Positions 1 through 12,646 of a stretch of DNA of 64,000 bases are shown piece after piece. The notes below the pieces were generated by a model. That model saw nothing but the letters and a program-made list of their open reading frames with translations, searched no databases and had not been told where the DNA came from. The first letter of the stretch is position 1. Every line of letters starts with the position of its first letter. The position numbers and the translations under genes were made by a program. Source of the DNA: Gnetum montanum (taxonomy: Eukaryota > Plantae > Gnetophyta); assembly GCA_015680685.1 (NCBI GenBank), contig MNCI01000627.1, positions 205,669 through 269,668 of the forward strand. The letters run 5' to 3'.

Positions 1-200
1 AAAATACCAAAAAAATCACATACCTCAGACTTGCTTAACCATACACCGTGACACATACAAGCAAGCCTGGGAAGACAACGAACGATTAACCCCAAGTGTT
101 TCTTGTGGTGTTAAGGCATTTAGTCTGCGAAGTTCGACTGGATCGCGCGTGTACGCTCGTATTCGTATGGTGGAGTGTAGGGGTACCTCGCCACTCATCA
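1..200 (+). mobile_element. 3' end (U5) of an LTR, family A (same family as 7162-8273)
   Basis: Near-identical to 8074-8273; ends in the LTR terminus ...CCACTCATCA at 200. Confidence 0.9.
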
Positions 201-559
201 GCAAGGAATAATAACTTCAAATATAAAAGCCTTGTAGGATTTACTAAAAAATCTCAATAGATGCATCCTTTCAAATTGAACTCAAAATCAATATCTCCTA
301 TAGCAATTGGTATCAAAAATTCATATAATGTGCTTAATCAAGCTTCTAAGCATGCCCTATCTACACATTCTCTATGATTGAAATTTTCTCTTAAAATGCT
401 AGATCATTGGCAAACCCTCTTTACTTTTATCATGCACATTTGGCCATTGTGAGATACATTCAAATATAGTTTTTATTTAAGCATTTAAGCTTAAGTTTTT
501 AATCTTTAGGTTGTTCATTCTCACATAAAATATTTTATTTTATTCTGCTCAAATCATGT

Positions 560-3060
560 TGAAGGAAGAGGAGGTACTATTATTATACTTCATCTTAAGT
601 GGAACAACTAGGTTATTGAGACTAATGCAAACTCTGTTGGTAGTCTTATTTAGGTCACCCTCTTTATAAAGGATGAATGAGTTGGTTTATTGTCTATTTA
701 TGCTGCTAATGATGATAAACTCAAACATGAAGTGTGGGAATATATTAATTTTGTTCCTAATAAGATTTCCTTTATCATGGTTGGAGATTTTAATTTTTGT
801 GCTTTATAAGGTAATAAAGTTGAAGGTTAGTTTGTCTCTGCCAATTCTAATGATAAATTCCTTTGGCTAGCAAAGATTCAATCTTTTTTGATCCTATTGC
901 AAATAGAGGAAATATGCATGCAAATCAATGGTTTACTTGGAGCAATCATAGAGCTAGTCATGATAATATCATTTCTAGAATGAATAGAGTTTTCATATCC
1001 ACTACACTAGTTTGCAAACTAGATTCTTATAATAAGCCTTTTATTTATGCTCTTTCTAAATACAATTTATCATATTATGTTCCTATTATTTGTCATTTAA
1101 CAATTGATTAGGTGAAGCAACTAGTTCAAATAAGGATTCTATTTTTAATACTTCATTTTTTTCTAATAATGCTTGTTGTAGTCTTATACGATAAGCTTTC
1201 AATATTTGCTTAAGGCTTAGAGATGAAAATGGCTAAATTACTTGTTGGAATGAGGCTATAGAAAGAATAACCAAGCTATGCAAGTACTTGTGAAGGAAAT
1301 TCAAATTAAAAAGAATACAACCAAGGATAGATGTTGAGCATAATGCTCAATGTCTCACTCAACAATTTGGTCAATGTCTTGGTGATGTTGTTCTCCAATA
1401 AGAGATGGCTTAGGCAATGTTTATTCTAGTTGTTTTGGATACTTCTTATGCCCAAAGTGCATAATTGAAAGCTCAAATTGAGTGGATCTGTATTGGAGAC
1501 AAACCTGTTAAAGGTTTTTCTTTATTATTATCTTAAAGGTAAACCTCCTCCTAGGAAGATTGATTCTATTTTGATTAATAGTTTAGTTGTTGACTAGGAT
1601 GATGATATTCATGAACATTTCTACTACTTTTATAAACAATCCTTTTTCTCTAAAACTGTGAACTTGTAGAAAATGGGTGTCATTTTATAGAGAATTCCAA
1701 TTCATAATATTGGTATTATGCCTAAGACTCTTATTTCTTTGGAAGACCTCAAAATACAATGATGTCTATGCCCAATGAAAAAGTTCCGTGAATAGATGGC
1801 TTTTTGGTTAAGTATTATAAGCATTTTTAGCCTTATAAGAAGTTTGACTTTTATGCCATGTATGAGAAGGTTGTTTGTAGAGGATCCCTTTGATAAATTC
1901 TCAATAGCGATATTATTAAACTATTGCCAAAGGAAGGAGATCTGTATTTGATGAAGAATTGTTGCCCCATCATATTGCTTGGAACTACATATAAAATTAT
2001 TACTAAAACTATAGATTCCAAGATTAAGCAACATATTTCCAAAATTGTTAATCAAGAAAAATCAGGTTTTTTTCCCTAGAAGATACATTCTAGGCAATGT
2101 TCTAATACCCACTAAAGCTTTGAATTAGGTTGAATAATCTAGGTAACATTACTTTTTCCTTAAGTTGAACTTTGCTAAGCGTATGATCAAATTGAATGAC
2201 CTTTTGTTCATAGAATTCTTAAGCATATGTAAGTGGAGAGCTCCTTTATTTGTTTTGTTTCACTTCTTTTTGCAAATGCTTTAACAAAAATCTCTACTAA
2301 TGGGGAATTATCTAATGCATTCTTTTTTCATAGATCCATCAAGCAAGGTTTTCCTCTTGCCCCCTATTTTATTTATTATTACAATTAGTGTGTTGGGCTT
2401 TGCCTTTAATTTTGAGTCTAAAATGAACAATATTCATGGTGTCTCTCATCCTCTCAATTTTGGTTGCATCAATATTAGCTAGTTTGTAGGTGTTGCCTTT
2501 TTAATGCTACGAGAATATTAGTCAAAGATTCAAAAACCCATCCATATTATTCAAACTTACTATGATGCCTTTAACTTGAGAATCAACTATGAAAAGTCTA
2601 ATGGCATCAAATCTTCTTTTAGACCTTTTAATCCTAGTATCTAGAATATTGCCTTGATATGGATAGAATCATATGAGACCTTTAAACTTCCTGGAATACC
2701 TCTTATTATTATTCCTAACATTTCACAATTATGAGATTTTGTTGTACAAAATGTTATGCAAAAAATAGAAAAGTGATCTAAAAGGCATCTTTCTCTTCCT
2801 AGAAAAATCATTGTTGCAAAGCACATTGTTTCTTCCACTCATGTTTATGACTCATCTTTTTTAGTGCCAAAGAAATGCAACTATATGAAGATTGAAAGAA
2901 TTATTAAGAGTTTTAAATGAAGAAATAATAATGCTCTTAATGGTTTTGCTTGAGTTAAGTGGAATATTTGTACTCTTCCTAAAGAGGAAGGTGCCCTTGG
3001 AATTGGTAGCCTTTATGACCTATATTTGGCTCCTTTTGCAAAATGGATTCTTGAGGTAAT
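560..3060 (+). pseudogene. Degenerate L1-clade LINE ORF2 (APE endonuclease + reverse transcriptase)
   Basis: Interrupted motifs in L1 order: GDFN (~783), FTWSN, ISRMNRVF, LLPKEGD...CPIILL..TYKII, KLNFAK, QGFPLAPYLF, INYEKS, KEEGALGI; many stops and frameshifts. Boundaries approximate. Confidence 0.85.
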
Positions 3061-4500
3061 GAATGACATGGAGAGCAGAAGAAGCTAGCTAGACTTCATT
3101 TTTAGTAAATAGGCAACACTCTTTCTCTTCCTCATTTATCTTGACTAAACTAAGTCATTTTAAAAGTTCCCTTAAAGATTAAAGGCTCTATGTTCCTCCA
3201 AGCTATATGGTGAAAATGGTAGGTTGTTTCAAAAATTTTAAGTTAGTCTCCTAAGTATGTCAATTTTTGTATGCTTTAGTCACATTCATTATGGTGGTCT
3301 ATAACTACTGCCCCTACCTTTAATGAATTTCAACAATCTTCTATGAGGATTTTTAAGTTATTTCCAATTCAAAGTTGGGAGGATGTTGTGGGTGAAGCAA
3401 GGATTATGCAAGCAAAGAAAATTATTCACAAGTGTCTAGCTCTCAAAAACTATTATCCCTTTTTACATGTAATCCTTTCAATCATCACCATCATTTTGTG
3501 TAGCAACATATGAAATTCATAACTTATGTTTAGAGATTTATAGATCAAAAACATAAATTGATAAGTAAAAATAATAAATTTGTAAAATTTAATGATTCAA
3601 CATTATGCTGGTAGTTCTTCAACTATTATACCGCAAGCCTCATTGAAAATTTTCGACTGTAAAATTAGTAAAGTTGTTTCATTGGTAAATCAACATAGAA
3701 CCTTTATAGTAGTTGGTTGGCACGGTGTTTGACTAATTAAAAAGCAAATATGATACAAATATTTGGATTTACATCATCCACCAATTTATAACTTCCAAAA
3801 GATGTTCAAAAAGATGTGTTATATACTTTAGAAACAAAAGTTCAAAAATTCTTGCAAGTATCTCACTAATGATTTAATGAAAGAGGGAACGTGTCTTGTG
3901 TCTTGTCACTTTCTTAATGTGTATGGGATACAATACAAGTTGTGATGCACTATCATCCAAGTGTATGGGATTCCACGCTTCAAGAGAAGAAAATGTCTTC
4001 TTTCTCATATGCATTATCAATGTATTGAAATTTAGGAATTCAACATGAAACTCTATTTTGATTTGGGAGGGCTATTTAATAATACTAAATAAATTAAGAG
4101 TAACAAACATGTGGCTATTTGAACCTTGGGTAGCATTCAAGGAAGAAATACTACAAGTTTGCAGGCAACATCACATCAACCTTCATAACTTAATGNGTGC
4201 TTTTTTTTTGAAAGCATACAAAGCCTTGAAACCTCTTAATGTTATTTCTTTAATGTAGATCCTCCACATGAAATTATCTACTTGCCAAGCTTTTTTCGAA
4301 AACATGGTTAAATGTATGATCTTAGCAAAAAAGGCGAAAAACATTTAGACACTTAAAACTATTTAGTATACGATAGATACTGGAATTACCCATTTTTATT
4401 CTTGAAAATCTTCTTCCATCCTACAATAATTTCTTGATAAAGTCTTCATTNATCATTTAGGGACTTGTACTCATTGGTAAACTTTGAAAATATATTGAAC

Positions 4501-4570
4501 AAGTGCTCAATAATTGAACTCATAATCTTGTAACCAAGAGATGAGTGTCTTAACCACTATGCTACACACT
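4501..4570 (-). mobile_element. tRNA-derived SINE head (Pol III A/B boxes)
   Basis: Minus strand reads TAGCATAGTGG (A box) and GAGTTCAATT (B box) at tRNA-like spacing; no complete cloverleaf. Confidence 0.55.
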
Positions 4571-5605
4571 TAGGTGCATATATTTTTCTTATTATAATAA
4601 TACCTTTTCAGTATTCTAATTGCATTAACAAAGTCCATATTGATTTTCTTATTTAAATTATATAGAGGATCCTACCATTGGTTACCACATAGAGGTGGTA
4701 TTTGTTAAGATGCAAGCATAGGCAGAGTGCTAACACATGTTTGGACATTGGGGTAAGGGGTCTAGAATATTTTTTTAAACAATATTTTTGAGGGAAATAA
4801 TTATAATAAATATGTATTTAAAATAGGAAAAAATTTTATAATTACAATATTGTATGACCTCTCTATAGGCTTAGTTTACAAAAATTCAACACAAAATCTT
4901 GTTTCTTAATATTGGCAAAATACTTATCTAGTGAATTTGACCATAAGAATCATCAACCTAGCTAGACTTAATAATTGGACCTTCATCATTTCATTGTATT
5001 ATTAGTAATGGAAAACCCCACCAAAAAGTTGGTTTATAATGCCTTGTATACCATCATTGATCTCCTCCTCAAAAATTTGAAAATGAGAAATATTTTTCAT
5101 CAGGCATCTTACTCTCCATGATTGAGTTATTGAGGGTTACACTTGTGGTATCTTTGCTAGTTAATTATCAAGCATGAGATCCTCCTAAAATGGTCATTTT
5201 TTTAGCAAGGTTAGAATCACTAATCTTTGTTATTTTTTATTGTTGAGATTCCATAGAACCATATGTCTTGTTAATGAGATATTAGTTAATAAACTCTTCT
5301 ACAATTGGACTAGTTATGTCACTAGTTTGTCACCTCATACATGACTCACTTGAATGTCATACTCTTGGAGGTAAGCATGGGCAATTCAAGTACTAAGAAG
5401 CAATGGTCAACTCAAGATTTTATTGCTTTTTCCTTTAATATCCTAAAGTCTCTCTTGATTAATATTTATTACCTATTGATCATTGGTACATCCAAAGAAC
5501 ATTCTTGCTTTCTAACTTAAAGAAAAAAAATACACAATGGACTCCAACTTTTCTTTTATTAATAACAAAAAGACATTTGTACAAATTTCACAACCTTAAC
5601 TCATA

Positions 5606-6240
5606 TGAAGATAATGAGTAGGTCTGTGCATGCATAAGTCTTCTTAACTCACTCTAATGTTGAGAAAGAATTCCCAACTCTATTCATATAATGAAATGAA
5701 AATAAAATATAAATATGTAATCAGAAATGAGAGAAATCAATAATTGTTGTAAGGGAATAAGTAATCAGGTAACAATGAAGCATAGATCTCAGACTATCCT
5801 TCATAGGTGTTGGGAAGAGTAAGGTCCAACACCTCTATTTATAAAAATTTTAGATACATTTAGGAAGGAGACAAGGGCCAAAGAAGTCTTCACGTACTAG
5901 ATAAGGTGGCTCCAAAGTATTCACCTACTAGATAAGGTAACTCAAAAGTCTTCACCTATTGGATGAATATCTTCTAAGTCATTCTTATTGAATTTGCCCT
6001 TCAAAATTCACGTGGTGATGATAGGTGTAGATCATTTCTTTCCATATTATGGATTTGATGGGTACTATTTGTAGCCAATTTTGATTAGCCATAAATTTCA
6101 CATTTGGAATCTATTTGATACAAATAAGAGGTCAAAATTAGTTAATTCAAATGTTCCAAGAATGACGCTTTAGTTAAAATTTTCACCTAAGTCATTTAGT
6201 TCTTATTTTTGGTCCTACAAAATAAGATATACATTATCAA
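5606..6240 (-). mobile_element. LTR-like fragment
   Basis: TATAAATAGAG on the minus strand (~5833-5843) and three ~30-bp sub-repeats (5884-5970); no TSD found. Confidence 0.35.
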
Positions 6241-7186
6241 GAAGATATAACATAATATAAATGATATCAATAAACTAAAATACACTTACTAGTGATCTAA
6301 TATCAAGTAGAATAAACATTATTTATAAAGAAATATCACTTATTTTAGGGTGCTCATCATTAGCTTAATGAAAAGACTAGTGTTGAATGCTAAAACAACA
6401 TAAGGGCTGTCATTAGCATTCAACGGGTTTTTGTAGACCTGCATCAAATAATTTTGTGGCCAAACTGGGTTGGAAGCATCTAAGACCAACTCCCCACTAT
6501 CTATCATCCTTTGCAGGTCATCCTTCAACGCAAGGCAGAAGTCTGTGCCATGACCAGGCAATTGGTGATTATGGTAGAAGTGGTCTAGTTTCAAGTACCT
6601 AGGTACTTGTGGATCATTCTTTGTTGCTCGGGTGGCATCTTCGGCTATATCACAGAGCTTATCATGCTTCTTTCAAGAAGCTTCAAACATCTATTTGTAT
6701 TGACTACATCCACTTTTCGGAAGTTGGTCTAACAACTCTGATGATTTTAATGGGAAGGTAGTGTATTTGGACTTGTCCTTTCTTTCGAAGTTGGGCTTGG
6801 TTGTTATTGATGTAGTGAACCTAGAGGTTGATGGTTGCTAATTGCATTCATTAGTGGGGGTCTTAGGTGGGTTGGCCACTGGCCCATGGTTTATGGTCTT
6901 TGCTTCTTTGGTCACAGTTGCTATGTCATGTTGTTTTATTTGTTCTTTTGTTTGTCTTTCTATGTATGTTGATTTTTATATGCTATGTTGAATTGGGGGA
7001 CAGGAACACCAAGAGGAAGTGTCAAGGGTGGAACCACATGACTAATATGATTTTCTTGGTAGAAATCCATAATCTTGACACTTTGGGAAGTAGAAGCTTT
7101 GAGCCTCTTTAACTCCTCTATTAGGTCCTAGATCATTTGGAAGGCTTGATCTAGACCCTGTTGATGAGACGCGAGCTGCATGTGCC

Positions 7187-7322
7187 GCGATATCGCGTAC
7201 GCGATATCGCAGCCACCGCGATATCGCATCCCATGCGATATTGAGTACGCGATATCGCGTCTTCTCCTGCGATATCGCGTTCGCGTACGCGATATCGCAT
7301 CCCGCCGCCATATCTATAAATA
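7187..7322 (+). promoter_or_regulatory. LTR U3 promoter: array of about 7 palindromic (C)GATATCG(C) boxes followed by a TATA box
   Basis: GCGATATCGC repeats in 7187-7300 and TATAAATA at 7315; the same array is in the LTRs at 24245-24330, 29235-29305, 35710-35795 and 61488-61530. Confidence 0.75.
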
Positions 7323-7563
7323 AGAGGCGGCACTCCCTTCATTTCCCAATCCTGGCTAGAAGTAGCGAAGCTCTGGCAGATTGATCACTCCAGAGTTAGA
7401 AATTTTCCCATGTGCCCGCAGTAGAAGTCCTAGAGTGAACGGCTCTTTATTCGAGCAGCTTGTAACCTGAACCCAAGTTGTGTACGACAATAAAGACGAA
7501 CTTGTTTGGATAAACCTTGCAGCACGTGGTTTCATTTGTTGCTTTCATTTCCTGCTTTCCTAG

Positions 7564-7989
7564 TGCGTTCAAGTACGACTTGATTACGAGCGTCTACGGA
7601 CGTGTACGGCTAGTCAAGGAATCGGCTGCTTGACGCAATGCATGAGTACGACTCAATTACGAGCATTGGCTGCTTGGTAACCCAGTAGCGTATTCCAGGA
7701 TTCTGCGCTTGGTAATCCCAGTAGTAGTCCGATGTGTACGGCTAGTTGAGGAATCGGCTGCTCATTGCTAGGCTAGAACGTGTGATAAGTACGACTTAGT
7801 TACGAGCACCCACGGGTGTGTACGGCTAGCTAAGGAATCGGCTGCTTATCACACTTAGGCTAAATAGGTGCCTCAGTACGACCACTTCGAGCACTTGCGT
7901 TACGTGTGGCGATCCCAGTAACGATTAGCGTTTGGTAAGCCGCAGTTGCATAGTTCAGGGTGTGTCCGGTAAGTGGGAACGGATGCTGA
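7564..7989 (+). ncRNA. Array of four covarying structured RNA modules in LTR U5 (function unknown)
   Basis: Units 7564-7637, 7642-7765, 7780-7854 and 7873-7989; near-invariant loops with compensatory stems (see findings). Confidence 0.75.
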
Positions 7990-10414
7990 CGCTAGTTAAT
8001 TTAGACTTAGGACATTAGTTAGAGTTAGCTTAGTTTCTCAACCCTTTCCCCTGATAGCATAGGAGATAAGCCGAAAACACCAAAAAAATCACATACCTCA
8101 GACTTGCTTAACCATACACCGTGACACTTACAAGCAAGCCTGGGAAGACAACGAACGATTAACCCCAAGTGTTTCTTGTGGCGTTAAGGCATTTAGTCTA
8201 CGGAGTTCGACCGGATCGCGTGTGTACGCTCGTATTCGTATGGTTGAGTGTAGGGGTACCTCACCACTCATCACCTGTGGTGGCCCTATTGATTGTGGGG
8301 TTTGCACATATGGTCATGGCATCTGTTGTGAGGCTTGTGGCCTTGCTATGGGTTGTAGGATGGAAGGAAGAGGTTTTGTCATGGTCGTAGTTTGTGGGTT
8401 GAACAAGGAAAAGGATGTCTGTGCTAGTACCTGAGGCACAAATGAGATAAAGAGGGTGTGTGACGCCTGAGTTGCTTTGGGTCCCATAGTGGATCTCACA
8501 TGGACAATTGATGGATTTGGGGTGGTGAAAACCACCATCGATGTGCATAGATAGAGACTGTGTTGCAACAAACATGGAAAAGTGCAAAGTGGCTAGTTGT
8601 GACACCGATTATGCTTGGTGTGCAATGATGGTTAGCATGGGTTTGAACATGGTCAAGTACGGTGGGGATGAAGGCAATGGGACTTGTCTAGAGGAAGAGG
8701 CAAAGGAGGTAGAGGTGGACACCATGGCATTAGGGGTCCCTTGTTGGGAAACTCTCCCAAGGTTTTCCAGGACAAACTCTACCCCAAATTCATTTTCCTT
8801 CTCTGGTTGCCCCTTGAGGTAGTCTTTTGATTATCTTCATCAACCTCAATGAGAAGAGCTAAGATGTTAGCATAGATGTCATTGAGGGGTATTTGGTCAT
8901 AAAGGAGGGAATATACTCCTTTCCATCATGGTGGATGAGCTTGAATTCCCACTTGGCCTTTAATTTTGCTCATGGGTTTAGAATGCTTGGGGTTGTGTGG
9001 GGGGGAAGGGTGGGAAGGCTAAAAACTCAAGTGGAAAGTTTGGTAGTTTCCACTAGGAACTAGTTTTGGCAGGCTACCAATTTTCTCAGCCTGGAAGATG
9101 GGGGGTGCTGACTTCCAGAAGTTGATGGTTTCTAGAAGGGTTGAACCACCCACTTTGGCAATTGGAAAAAGAAAACTAGTAGCAAAAAAGGAAAAGGAGG
9201 AGAAAGGTTCCAACACTAGCCTTGGGCTGAAAAGTTCATAACAACTACTGTGAAAAGTCACCAGCCAAACACCTGCAATCTTCATGCTACAACTTTGGTC
9301 ATAGAAGGGAAGGGGGCAATGTTGATGTTTTGAAGGTTTTGGTGAGATGCCAACGTTAGCCTTGAAATTCTTAGCAATGGCTATGAAAATCTTGAAAACC
9401 TAACACCTATAACTTCCACGTTGGGCTTTGATTATAGGGGGGATGGGCTGCAACGTTGGTTTTGTCGCAGAAAAATTGGCAAAAGGATTTAGATGTAGAA
9501 CTTGGATGGAGGCCCTTCTTCTAGTGCCAAGAAAATCTTGCAACCAGAAAAATCGATTGCTGGAAAAAATTGATGGATCCAGTGCAATAGCCTTAAAACG
9601 GATTCCTAGGACCTTCAAAAAAATGGGATTCAAGATGCCCTAGCTAGTTCGGCAGATTAACTAGGGACTTTGAAAAATACAAAATGAATAATGCAAATAA
9701 TAATGAAAAAATACAAATCTATAGAATAGAAAAAACAAATGCAGATTGCACACAAAAATGAAACTTTAAAACTTTGTTAAAATAATAACAGAAGAGTTCC
9801 ATAAATGTATGTATAATAAATACTTGTGAAAGTAAAGGGGGTTCATTGGTGCAGGAGTTCAAAGCCCATTGAAGTTGATGCAATCTACTCCATGATCCGN
9901 NNNNNNNNNNNNNNNNNNNNNNNNNNNNNNNNNNNNNNNNNNNNNNNNNNNNNNNNNNNNNNNNNNNNNNNNNNNNNNNNNNNNNNNNNNNNNNNNNNNN
10001 NNNNNNNNNNNNNNNNNNNNNNNNNNNNNNNNNNNNNNNNNNNNNNNNNNNNNNNNNNNNNNNNNNNNNNNNNNNNNNNNNNNNNNNNNNNNNNNNNNNN
10101 NNNNNNNNNNNNNNNNNNNNNNNNNNNNNNNNNNNNNNNNNNNNNNNNNNNNNNNNNNNNNNNNNNNNNNNNNNNNNNNNNNNNNNNNNNNNNNNNNNNN
10201 NNNNNNNNNNNNNNNNNNNNNNNNNNNNNNNNNNNNNNNNNNNNNNNNNNNNNNNNNNNNNNNNNNNNNNNNNNNNNNNNNNNNNNNNNNNNNNNNNNNN
10301 NNNNNNNNNNNNNNNNNNNNNNNNNNNNNNNAGTGCATGGAGTGTTGAAATCTGGCTTTTGTGGCTTCCATGCTAGGGGCATGTAGTTTTCATGTTGGGA
10401 GAAAAAGTTTTCAA

Positions 10415-10925
10415 GCTATGATGTCGAATCCCCGATATTGGGGCACAAGCTATGATGTCAAATATTTGATATTATGAACACATGTAGGCCTATAAATACG
10501 ACACTTGGGTGCATAGTCCAAACAACAAATTTTTATTCCACCTTATCAAAACTCTTGTAGTTTATTTTTGTAGCTTGGTGATATAGTGTATGCCTACAAT
10601 GTGGTGTGAAGTGATTGTATGGAATCTTTATTCAAGCATCTTGTACTTGGACACAAGTGTGAATGGTAGTAAAGATCAAGATTACTTTTCACCATTGTAG
10701 CATCCACTTAGTTTTTACTATTTACTTAGAATAATGTTTACTATTTTCACTTAGTCTACTGATTACTATTTTCTTAGTTACTGTCTACTTTCCCATGAAC
10801 TTTACTTTTAATATTATTAAGTAGAATGGATACAACTGATTCTAAGCGTAAAGTGTGATCATTTGGTAACCCAGTAGCATTATTGTTGGGTTCGCCCAGT
10901 AGCAAGGGGCTTGGTACTTATCATA
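10415..10925 (+). mobile_element. Truncated LTR, family C (related to 36853-37733)
   Basis: CCTATAAATACGACACTTGGG...GTCCAAACAAC matches the reverse complement of ~37590-37640; carries TTGGTAACCCAGTAG hairpin motifs at 10863-10915. Confidence 0.7.
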
Positions 10926-12197
10926 TAATTAAAGTGGCCTCTAAGTCTACGTAAATGACAAATGAAATCTAGTCTAGCCTAGGCAATGAACATCCTCGCA
11001 CACATCTTGGACTTATCATATGATTAGAGCATTAGTGAGACTACTAATATTTCATGTTGCCATATGAAATTTTTGCCAACTAGACTTGCTTCTTTACTCA
11101 CACTAGTCTCTAATGTAGAAACCATTGTCTACTATCCACAACATCTAGTTGATGATGTTGCACATTGTTTCTAGAGGATACTATAGCAAGCCCATTTTCC
11201 ATGGCAACTAAGCTTGTGATTGTTACAAATTGCATCAGGAATGCTGTACAAATTTTAAAAAAGAATTCATCCATGAGATTTGGCATGGTTTATAATCAAT
11301 TGCTAAGCAAAAGCTAATCTTTGATACTTTCTTATCTAGGCTTGGGATAAGCATTAGGAGAGTTAGGATCAATGCTTCAATCCTATGGTATGACTGAAAA
11401 AGATATAAGAAATAAGATTGAGGTAAGATTATCAAAATGCAAACAGGTTAGTAGTGTTTTATAGGATAAATAAATTTTAATAAAAATAAAAGAAAAATTT
11501 TATGGGATAATAATTAAGCTTTCTATTTTACATGGAGTTAAATGCTAGGTTGTACAAAAGAGATATGGACAACTAATAGTGGAGTTGAAATACAAATGCT
11601 TGGATGGATGTTGAATATTACAAGAATAGAAAAATTATACAATATAGATGTTACAGGAAAGAACTCCACCAATGCTAGTCCCAACCCTTTGATATTTAGA
11701 AGAAGGGTTAGCATTAAGTTAATAGCTGAATGTAATACTATGCCAAATCTGATGTATCAGTTCTTTTTTAGATTTTAGATCAGTTCTTTTTTAGATTTTG
11801 CAGCATTGGTTACCTCTCTTCCTTTTCTCTTCCTAACTTTTTTACTTGTTTAGCTGGTAGTTATTGTGGCGGTGCTTACAGGTCCAGTTCGTTTGAGAAT
11901 TTGTTTGAAGACCATTGTCCAGGTGGCTTAGCTTTTTCCGAATTGTAGCGGACGGATTTGTGGCTCTCTTGATGGTGGTTTCGCTTGTGTTTGTTTTTTC
12001 TATTTTGTGTGAAGGTGTTCTCACTTTGCTCGTGTTTATGTGCGTTGCCTCCAGGCAGCTTTGTTTCTTGCAACTCCTTAAATTGATTTGTTTATTACAA
12101 GCTTTTAGACCTATTATTAAAAAAATCACGATCACGATCATGATGAAAGTCACTATAGATATAAAGGTTTCAAAACCGTCGAGCACAATGTTTACAA

Positions 12198-12285
12198 AGC
12201 CTAATAAGGAATGCATGTATATAAGAAGTATTCTAATCTCAAAGGCTAATAAGGAATGCATGTATATAAGAAGTATTCTAATCCA
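12198..12285. repeat. Tandem duplication (~45 bp x2)
   Basis: CTAATAAGGAATGCATGTATATAAGAAGTATTCTAATC occurs twice. Confidence 0.9.
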
Positions 12286-12569
12286 TGCATAATATTATTC
12301 TTAGGATATACAACTTGCTTTTAGATAGCATCATAATTGAATTGTCTTATGATGGTTGATTGTTAAGGTAAGTAAAGGGATTCAACAACAATTTATTATG
12401 CCTAGTTATCTAACTAACTCCATAGTTCTGAAATATATAAGTTTGTCATGTCTTTTAGTGACATATGTCTCAATATACTCTTTGGAATGGAACTTGCGAC
12501 TTGCAAACCACAAGCTAATGAACAATGCCTCATTGACTAATAACATAATTAAATGTAGTATTAGATTCT

Positions 12570-12645
12570 AGGTGTTAGCTTAGTGGTAAAAATTTTAGCC
12601 TTGTAACCCCAAGTCATAGGTTCAATTCTATTGGGCAACACTAGG
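12570..12645 (+). mobile_element. tRNA-derived SINE head
   Basis: A box TAGCTTAGTGG, B box GGTTCAATTC, acceptor-like stem GTGTT/AACAC; degenerate. Confidence 0.6.
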
Positions 12646-12646
12646 T

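Larger units (their letters stand above)
7162..8273 (+). mobile_element. Solo LTR (1112 bp), Athila-like family A, with 5-bp TSD CCTGT
   Basis: Inverted termini TGATGAG...CTCATCA; CCTGT at 7157-7161 and 8274-8278; TATAAATA 7315; AATAAA 7489; CpG-rich, so probably young. Confidence 0.95.
6370..9899 (-). pseudogene. Decayed Ty3/gypsy (Tat/Ogre-like) gag region, interrupted by the solo LTR 7162-8273
   Basis: Knuckle-like HQLPGHGTDFCLALKDDLQRMIDSG (ORF 6340-6594) plus a Pro/Thr-rich gag-like composition; extent approximate. Confidence 0.5.

Noticed and set aside
308-318. tRNA-Met PBS (TGGTATCAA) after the LTR at 1-200
   Set aside because: It is ~108 nt from the LTR end, the match is short, and the related elements here use tRNA-Asp.
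7564-7989. CRISPR-like repeat/spacer array
   Set aside because: Plant LTR context with no cas genes; the variable parts are self-complementary stems, not independent spacers.
9826-10386. ORFs crossing N runs (also ~20028-20410, 23084-23888, 34480-34803)
   Set aside because: Artefacts of assembly gaps.
11842-12292. Overlapping 125-139 aa ORFs on both strands
   Set aside because: Low-complexity T/G-rich sequence with a tandem duplication and an A-tail, probably a retroposon 3' end; no recognisable domain.
12570-12645. Functional tRNA gene (also 4501-4570)
   Set aside because: Stems and anticodon arm are degenerate; better explained as SINE heads.
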